Source of the DNA: Takakia lepidozioides
Lineage: Eukaryota; Plantae; Bryophyta
Direction: 5' to 3'
Assembly (NCBI GenBank): GCA_030704615.1
Contig: JAKLZA010000244.1
Location: 1 to 6,000, forward strand
DNA length: 6,000 nt
Shown here piece after piece: positions 1 to 6,000 of the stretch; position 1 is the stretch's first letter; every line of letters starts with the position of its first letter. Under the pieces are notes generated by a model. The model searched no databases and was not told the DNA's origin. It saw nothing but the letters and a program-made list of their open reading frames with translations. Made by a program: the position numbers and the translations under genes.

Positions 1-74
1 TGCTGCAGCTAGCTCCTCGGACTCTTCCTGCGGCTCTTTGGATTCCTGCGATCCCTCCAGCACGTCCACCTTTC
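1..74 (-). CDS. Probable coding exon of an unidentified minus-strand gene (continues off the left edge); acidic peptide KVDVLEGSQESKEPQEESEELAAA
   Basis: The minus strand reads ...TGTTTGCATGCCTAACAG|GA AAG GTG GAC..., with the acceptor AG at 76-75. The frame is open to position 1 and is Glu-rich. The phase-1 junction is compatible with candidate donors at 199 and 618. No family recognised. Confidence 0.4.
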
Positions 75-199
75 CTGTTAGGCATGCAAACATGTTCTGC
101 ATTCAAGTCTCCTAGCATTCAGTCTAAGAATTACAGAAGCAAAATGGGGGGTTCGGTGCTCGATCAGCTGCGCGCAGCTCGATCGCATGGAGCTCTCAC

Positions 200-223
200 T
201 GGTGGCTGGGTTGCCTGAGTGGC
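200..223 (-). CDS. Possible small internal exon (GHSGNPAT); acceptor uncertain, could extend to ~259
   Basis: Donor A|GTGAGA at 200/199 is phase 1 in the 78..362 ORF frame. Candidate phase-1 acceptors are CAG at 226-224 (weak pyrimidine tract) or AAG at 262-260. It joins in frame to the 74-1 exon. Confidence 0.22.
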
Positions 224-618
224 CTGCGGCTTGCAGACTTTGCTTCTTAGTACCCCTCACTTGAGCAGATACATTCCGGCATCGCAAGAGAGATACTCTA
301 GAGAGGCTTTTCAGTTTTGGCACAAAATAATAATTAAAAATAACATTGTCCGAAGTTTTCATAAATTTCCCCTTACATGTTGAATTTTCAGATTCTTAAT
401 TTCAAAAACATATCACACATTCCTTCATTGTGTTGATTTTTTTTAAATTCAGCAATGGCATGTCAATACTTTTTTCTAGTCAAATAAATATTTGGCACTC
501 AAGTACCAGGCTCATCTGATAGCTATATTCATGAACGAAATGCATGTGCATATTACCAAGAATCTATTGTCATGAATCATGCATTGGGGTGCATGACTGC
601 TTAATTACAAATGTAAAC
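224..618 (-). other. AT-rich probable intron of the minus-strand gene
   Basis: Begins with GT at 618-617 on the minus strand. The ~330-618 portion is strongly AT-rich with A/T runs. The 3' boundary is uncertain. Confidence 0.35.
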
Positions 619-775
619 CTGAGAAAGCGATCGCGTCGGAGATGGCAATCTCCTCCTGTAGACGCATCTGCTTCCTCCCCTTCGGCATTGGCCTCCGTCC
701 GAAGTATAATTTCCGGAGCTTGCGACGAGGTCTCCTGTCTGGTGCACGAACTCCCCCCCTCTCAGGTTCGAGCAT
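619..775 (-). CDS. Probable first coding exon of the minus-strand gene (MLEPERGG...QEEIAISDAIAFSG)
   Basis: ATG at 775-773 lies in the 605..934 ORF frame. A phase-1 donor CAG|GTTTAC at 619/618 coincides with the switch from GC-rich to AT-rich sequence. A pyrimidine-rich leader lies upstream on the minus strand (776-860). The internal reading may be affected by indels (C7 run at 753-759). Confidence 0.33.
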
Positions 776-860
776 AAGAAGAACAGAGAGAGGGAAAAGG
801 GGCAAAGAGTGCAGATGGAAAGGGCGCGAGAGGGGTGACTGAGGAGACACGACAAAAGTA
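776..860 (-). promoter_or_regulatory. CT-rich (Y-patch / 5'UTR-like) tract upstream of the minus-strand ATG
   Basis: The plus strand is GA-rich (aagaagaacagagagagggaaaaggggcaaagag...), i.e. CT-rich on the minus strand, as is common in plant core promoters and 5'UTRs. Confidence 0.3.
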
Positions 861-1083
861 GATGAAACGGCGGTGATGCACCACTTGGGTTCGAAGGGTT
901 GGACGAAAGTGTCTCCTCGTGGAGTTTGAGTCATTACGAAATTCGAATCGTTGAGGGTACGCCCGCCGTCCGAAAATCAAACATCATTATCCAACGGTCA
1001 GGCCGCGCCGCCTCATGCCCTTCAGTCAGATAGAGTGCCGACATGTGCAGCAATTCCGTTGCTCCACGTGTTCACATTTCAAG

Positions 1084-2755
1084 GCATTTCCGTCCCAGCG
1101 TCTGATGAGTTGGAGCGAGAATGCGAATGCGGCGCCGCATTTCCGTTAAGTACCATCACGAAGCTACACATCCGTACTTGTTGGAAGAAAATGCGGCACC
1201 GCATTTCCGTTCCACCTCACATACCTTAGTGTTGAACGGAAATACGGTGCCGCATTTCCGTCCCACAGCTCCATGTATGAGATTCAGAAGGGAAATGCGG
1301 CGCCGCATTTCCGTTCCCACTTCACATACGTTAGTTGATGAATGGAAATGCCGTGCCACATTTCCGTTCGGGAAAGTATAGAGGTCTCACCTGGACAGAA
1401 ATGCGGTGTCGCATTTCCGGTCTGAAAAGTTGAAGGTCTCACATGGATGGAAATGCGGCAACACATTTCCGTAGCACAGCTCCAGGCCGAATATACAAAA
1501 CGGAAATGCGGCGCCGCATTTCCGTTCGAGAATGTCGGAAGGTGCGACTCGAACGGAAATGCGGTGCCGCATTTCTGTACCCGTTGCGCACGATTTTCAG
1601 TCAGAATGGAAATGCGGTACCGCATTTCCGTTCTGTAGAGTATTAACGTCTGACGCTGGCGGAAATGCCTTCCCGCATTTTCGTTCCACAGCTCCATTCC
1701 TCACATACAAAACGGAAATGCGGTGCCGCATTTCCGTTTTGGAATGTCGGATGGTGGGACTCCGACGGAAATGCTGGGACCGCATTTCAAGTCCGATGTT
1801 TCAGGATATTTCATCAGAACGGAAATGCGGGCCGCATTTCCCTTTTAAATCTAATACATTCCGTTCAGAATGTTGGGAGGTGCGACTCGGATGGAAATGC
1901 GCTGCCGCCTTTCAGTTCCGATGGTTCACGATTTTCAGTCAGAACGGAAATGCGGTGCCGCATTTCCGTTCTGGAATGATGGTAGGTGCGACTCGGATGG
2001 AAATACGGTGCCGCATTTCAGTTCAGATAGTTCACGATTTTCAGTCAGAACGGAAATGCGGTGCCGCATTTCCGTTCTGGATAGTGTGAATGTCTCAACC
2101 GCTCGGAATTGCGCTGTATGAAGCTGTCGGAATCTTACTCGGCTCCAGGCATCAGATACAAAATGGAAATGCGGCGCCGCATTTCCTTTATGGAATGTCG
2201 AAAAGTGCGACTTTGACGAAATGCGGTGCCGCATTTCTGTTCCCGTTGTTCATAATTCTCAATCAGAACGGAAATGCGGTACCGCATTTCCGTTCCACCT
2301 TCACATACCGTGCTTGTTGAATGAAAATGCGGTACCGCATTTCCGTTCTCGAGAGTATGAATGTCTTTTAAGGACGGAAATGTGCTGCAGCATTTCTATC
2401 CCTCAGCTCCATGCATCAGATACAAAATGGAAATGCGGCGCCGCATTCCCGTTCTGGAATGTCGAAAAGTGCGACTCGGACGGAAATGCGGTGCCGCATT
2501 TCTGTTCCCGTTGTTCATAATCTCAATCAGAACGGAAATGCGGTACCGCATTTCCGTTCCACCTTCACATACCGTGCTTGCTGGATGGAAATGCGTTACC
2601 GCATTTCCGTTCTGGAGAGTATAAAGGTTTCCCCGGACGGAAACTCGGTGCCGCATTTCCGTCGCTCTGTTGCATGACCAAGATGCAATACGGAAATGCG
2701 GCGCCGTATTTCCGTCCACCAGCAATCGACAGAATCACTCGGACGGGAAATCTGG
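1084..2755. repeat. Tandem array of ~30 palindromic units with 53-bp period (30-bp palindrome plus ~23-bp variable spacer)
   Basis: Palindrome centres read by eye at ~1133, 1197, 1248, 1301, 1354, 1407, 1459, 1512, 1565, 1618, 1671, 1724, 1778, 1831, 1903, 1956, 2009, 2062, (2115, degenerate), 2175, 2227, 2280, 2333, 2386, 2439, 2492, 2544, 2597, 2649 and 2702. Half-sites occur at ~1084 and ~2745. Perfect 30-bp palindromes GAACGGAAATGCGGTACCGCATTTCCGTTC are at 2266-2295 and 2530-2559. Confidence 0.97.
2138..2664. repeat. Two closely similar copies of a 5-unit (~264 bp) higher-order repeat within the array
   Basis: 2138-2401 and 2402-2664 share spacer order and sequence (gctcca.gcatcagatacaaaatgg; tggaatgtcgaaaagtgcgact; cccgttgttcataa; caccttcacataccgtgcttg; gagagtat.aa). 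Confidence 0.92.
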
Positions 2756-3141
2756 AACCTCAATGGGTTGCATTGTTCCGAAACAACACAATTGCGGCCA
2801 GTCTTGATGAGCACAACTTGGTTGTCTGACCGTTTTAACCAGCAGTCCTGGCACTTGTCAGTGCGAACGTTCCTGTCTGCACCGAGAATACTGCTGGATC
2901 CACCCTCAGGAGAAACTGTCAGGAGATGTTATTTCGTCGCCGAATCGGCCATCATTGTCCTACTCACTGGCTATGGAATCAAACCTCCCACCTTCATGCA
3001 TGTAGCTTGAAACAATACTTTCCACTTCAATGTGCGACTTCCAATCGTCGATGGACTCCGCAGATCCACTTAGATGGTGCCTGTGAGCCTTGGTCTGTCG
3101 CTATACTGAACCTCGCACTTGCCAACTCCGTGCGGTGTTCG

Positions 3142-6000
3142 ATGGCTCCGAATTCCTACGCTATAGTTTGCTGTCCTCCGCAACTTGGGAGAGCCTGGAT
3201 CCCAAACGAGGGAGGACTTTGCAGAGTGACTGAAACTTACCTTTGTTCCAAATTCAAGCTCAAACCGGGCACAGTTTATTTGGAAGAAGAAAGGAAGGAT
3301 GTTCCTGGACAGGTTGACGAGACCATTGTCGTGCTAGGTAACGACGGAGGTTGCGGAATCGAATGGCACGTTCCCCCTCAGACACCATCCTGTACCGAGC
3401 TGTGGGAATGCCCATTCCCTTTCCGAATCAGTCGCTGCCCACACCATCCACAAAGGAGTCCGGAAACCGAGAGGCGGCCACTGCCAACAGAGAGGTATGC
3501 AACGATATCATTCCCGACCTGGACCGTCAAGACCCTCCATAGCTTCTCGTGTGGACGTATTCGACATTTCCGACGAGGAAGATGATTGCATTGAGGTACC
3601 CATGTCCTCCACACGGTCGTTCAAATCCGGCATGGACGTCTCTGTAGGTGCTACGCATGTGCCCTCGAGCATAACTCCAACCCGGTCCATTGTGCAGCTC
3701 CTACGACAACATCACCTCGATGGTTCTCGCTCCGAGCTGGCTGCTCTCGACTATGCCAAATTCCCAGTCAGAAAGGTAACGTTTCTGCCTCCCGAAGTCG
3801 ATGGCAATGTCATCTTCGAGTTTCCACCTGTTTCTTCGTCAAAGAAAGCCTCCGGGATGTTAACAGACATGGATCGAAAGCATGACGGACACCCCTGGTG
3901 TGTGACGAAGACCAGTAGCACGAAAATTGCTGATGGTGTTCGTGTACGATATGTCCTCTGTGCGGGAAGCTGAGGTGCCTCAATCCCACCTGCTTCCACT
4001 TTCTCTCCAAAGGAGGGCGGAGAAACGAGACGGATTGGACTGGCACAACGCATCATCCATTCATTGTCTCCAGCCAAGCTCCTGCGGGTTCTTTCAAGTG
4101 TGCACATTGCAAAGAACCACCGACGTGCATGTCCATGTGCAGAGCCAAGCAATATTACGTAATCCATTTGCTCCCGGACTTGACTAGAGCTTGCATACAC
4201 GTTGGGGTCCACTGCCACCCCTTGGCGAGAGGCAACATGCGTGAGGCTGTGCAGGAAGCACACGACATCATAAAAGAGGAGGTGAAATTGAGCCCCGGAG
4301 CCAGACCAAAGCAGATTCAGCTGAAGGCAGCCCACAAGATTGCTCTTGGCAAAATCATGTCTGAAGATGGTTCCGACGAGAGCCCTTGACCGAAGACGAG
4401 ATGCGTGACCTCTTGGAGTCCGTCTCGCACGTTTGTAGTCCGAATGTGCGGAATCACATCGTATCTTGCAAGCAGGAGTTCGGCAGGGGGTCGGACATGT
4501 ACTCAATCCTGGAGGTGAAACGAATGACTGGATATGACTACATCCAAGGTAGCAGGTTTCCAGGGCAAGGCAGCGAATCCGATCGTTGTTACATTTTCAA
4601 AATGTCGACGTGTGGGCCTGGGAGTGGAGTCGACTTGGTCACTCGCATGACAACTGGAAACTTGTCGAATGCTTGGGTGATGTTTGATCACATCAAGCGA
4701 ATTACAAACCATCAGTGGGTGACTATGGGTGCGCATGTTTATGACTATCACTCCAAGAGGCTCATGATGATTGCAATCTGCGAGATGAAAGGGGAGGACA
4801 CACAGTCCGAGATGCATCTGTGGGAGGGCATAAACCAGCAGATGGCAAGGGCGGGATTGCCAGAGCCCAATTTCAGGGGATTCATGGCAGACAACGCTCA
4901 GGCCAACTGGGCAGCGGTGCGGCGTGTGTACGGTGAGGACCCCAATGTTCCAATGGAGGGGAAAGAGAGATCCTGTGGATTCCATTGGATGCAGAGTCTA
5001 TCCCACTACACTACCAAATTTGTTGCTAGCTCATTCCAGGCTGAACACCGTGTCCTTTGTACGGCGTGGAAGGATGCACCCACATTTGATGACGCGGAGG
5101 TTAAGTTTGCTATCATCGAGGCTTGGTGGAACACGTCAGGTGCAGTGGAGACAACCAATCTGGGAGCATTGCCAGCTGGTTGGGGTGGTGGCATTTTCGG
5201 TATCGACAGTTCGGACAGTACATGCGGGAGGTAGGCTGCTGTCATTTTCGTTCATTTGTCTTTCTGTTACGGACATTTCGATTGGTCCCTCACCGTTGTT
5301 TGTGTCCTTCTAGGAGCGGTGCTTGGATTCCGACACGGACATGCCGAACACGAATATGGCAGAATCGGTCCACTCCTCCTGGCGAGCGTCTTCTGCCGCA
5401 CATCTGGTGGACGTAGTGACGGCCACAACGGAGGACATCGACAGAGCAATCATGCAGCAAGCCACGTACTACAAGTTCCTGAGCGGCAAACAATGGGGCT
5501 TTGGGCCGGACAGGGAGGAATTGTTGGTACGAACAGCTTCGAGGTCCAAGAATCCAGTGAAATGGGCGACAGCATTGCGAGAGAAGATCAAAGGGACGCC
5601 TCTGCACCGCAGAGGTGAACACCTAGAGGGGGACGTCCGGACTCGCCCTGTCAGGCGGAGGATTGAAGAGGAACCCGGGTGCGAAGAGGATTCCTGGAGA
5701 TCCGACAGGAACATTTGGACAGCACCTCGAGGTCCCGTCATGTTGCCACACAATGTGTCTTCCAGCAGTGGAAGCCCAAGAAATTCCAGATCGCCGTCGC
5801 CTTCAACCGGGGATTTCGTGCAACAAATTCCCACCGCTCCCTTGCCCCACATTCCGCCCGCTGTTATGCAGTATGGCCAAGCCATTGTGGAGACGACTGT
5901 GTCTGCCTCACAGTGGAGAATTGCTCGCACAAAGCCGTCGTTTCGAGGAAGGTGTTCCGCAATTCGTGTGGATACACGGCAACGTTGTTTAGAGATGATA
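3142..6000 (+). CDS. Mutator-like (MULE/MuDR superfamily) DDE transposase; frameshifted as given (pseudogene or assembly indels), 3' end outside the window
   Basis: Reconstructed from successive -1 frame changes. Frame 1 from ATG 3142 (MAPNSYAIV...GIEWHVPP), frame 3 from ~3378 (SDTILYRAVG), frame 2 to 3970 (...DGHPW...YVLCAGS), frame 1 3970-4386 (LRCLNPTC...GVHCHP...DESP), frame 3 4386-~5170 (VMFDHIKR, FMADNAQA, CGFHW), frame 2 5171-5230 (ASWLGWWHFRYRQFGQYMRE), intron, then frame 1 5314-6000 (ERCLDSDTDMPNTNMAESVH...). The start codon and the first two junctions are tentative. Confidence 0.85.
3884..4221 (+). other. GCM-like (WRKY-GCM1 fold) zinc DNA-binding domain of the transposase
   Basis: After repairing one frameshift at ~3970 it reads DGHPW-x-CAGSLRCLNPTC-x-CAHCKEPPTCMSMCRA-x-IHVGVHCHP. 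This parallels the GCM pattern as I recall it (GW...CLGVVVCxxxC...CPNCxGPL...CRG...GEHDHP). WRKY-GCM1-fold domains are established at MULE transposase N-termini. Confidence 0.7.
4671..5370 (+). other. MULE transposase catalytic RNase H-like DDE core
   Basis: D1 codon 4686-4688 (VMFD), D2 4890-4892 (FMAD), CxxH at 4974-4985 followed by W, a Trp-rich helix (WLGWW), and E 5362-5364 in PNTNMAESVH, matching the MULE T/N-x-x-E-S-x-H motif. Confidence 0.88.
5231..5313 (+). other. 83-nt phase-0 spliceosomal intron in the transposase gene
   Basis: GAG|GTAGGC donor, T-rich interior, possible branch site CTCAC near 5290, pyrimidine tract and TTCTAG|GAG acceptor. Removing it fuses ...QYMRE to ERCLD...NMAESVH and skips the TAG stop at 5311-5313. 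Confidence 0.88.

Larger units (their letters stand above)
1084..6000 (+). mobile_element. Probable Mutator-like DNA transposon (partial); left boundary undefined and may extend further left to include the divergent gene
   Basis: Transposase gene with a palindromic tandem array ~0.4 kb upstream. No TIR or TSD can be established because only one side is visible. Membership of the array in the element is an inference. Confidence 0.6.

Noticed and set aside
161-185. Hairpin CGATC-AGCTGCGCGCAGCT-C-GATCG
   Set aside because: An isolated 14-bp palindrome unrelated to the array motif, lying in a putative intron; no functional support.
841-918. 10-bp inverted repeat GAGGAGACAC / GTGTCTCCTC as a MITE or element end
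   Set aside because: Too short, with no flanking target-site duplication seen; compatible with chance.
1119-2717. Bona fide CRISPR array
   Set aside because: Spacers recur as five families in duplicated blocks rather than being unique. The repeat is a fully symmetric palindrome with no polarity, there are no cas genes or leader, and the context is eukaryotic (intron, MULE transposase).
951-2829. Many overlapping ORFs with motifs EMRRRIS, KCGAAFPF and NGNAAPHFR on both strands
   Set aside because: These are translations of the palindromic repeat. The 53-bp period is not a multiple of 3 and the same peptides appear on both strands.
2926-3141. 5' extension of ORF 2926..3585 as coding sequence
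   Set aside because: The peptide is unconvincing upstream of ATG 3142. It is more likely promoter or 5'UTR, though not excluded.
3495-3542. Possible 48-nt intron GTATGC...CATAG
   Set aside because: It is very short and lacks T-richness and a good pyrimidine tract. Its length is a multiple of 3, so removal would not produce the needed frame change.
3751-4985. Minus-strand ORFs 3751..4506 (251 aa) and 4503..4985 (160 aa)
   Set aside because: They are antisense shadows of the transposase coding sequence with no recognisable motifs.
3960-5175. Programmed -1 ribosomal frameshifting at the frame breaks
   Set aside because: No X XXY YYZ slippery heptamers at the junctions, and several successive shifts in one nuclear gene are implausible.
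5469-5992. ORFs 5469..5930 (-) and 5663..5992 (+)
   Set aside because: They are antisense or alternative frames of the real frame-1 exon starting at 5314.

Overview
This is eukaryotic genomic DNA (spliceosomal GT-AG introns; a bryophyte or other early land plant is my guess, not provable from the window). It has three parts. (1) 1-775: a probable spliced gene on the minus strand, low confidence. (2) ~1084-2755: a ~1.65 kb array of about 30 copies of a ~30-bp palindrome (consensus GAACGGAAATGCGGY/RCCGCATTTCCGTTC) at a near-constant 53-bp period. Its ~23-bp spacers fall into five recurring families arranged as higher-order repeats. It looks CRISPR-like but is not a CRISPR. (3) 3142 to beyond 6000: a plus-strand Mutator-like (MULE/MuDR superfamily) DDE transposase with an N-terminal GCM/WRKY-fold zinc DNA-binding domain, an intact D-D-(CxxH)-E catalytic set and an 83-nt intron. 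It is interrupted only by about five apparent 1-bp deletions, which may be sequencing errors. The most interesting inference is that the array half-site ATGCGG matches the core of the GCM binding motif (ATGCGGGY) and repeats every five helical turns, suggesting a phased binding platform for the adjacent transposase.
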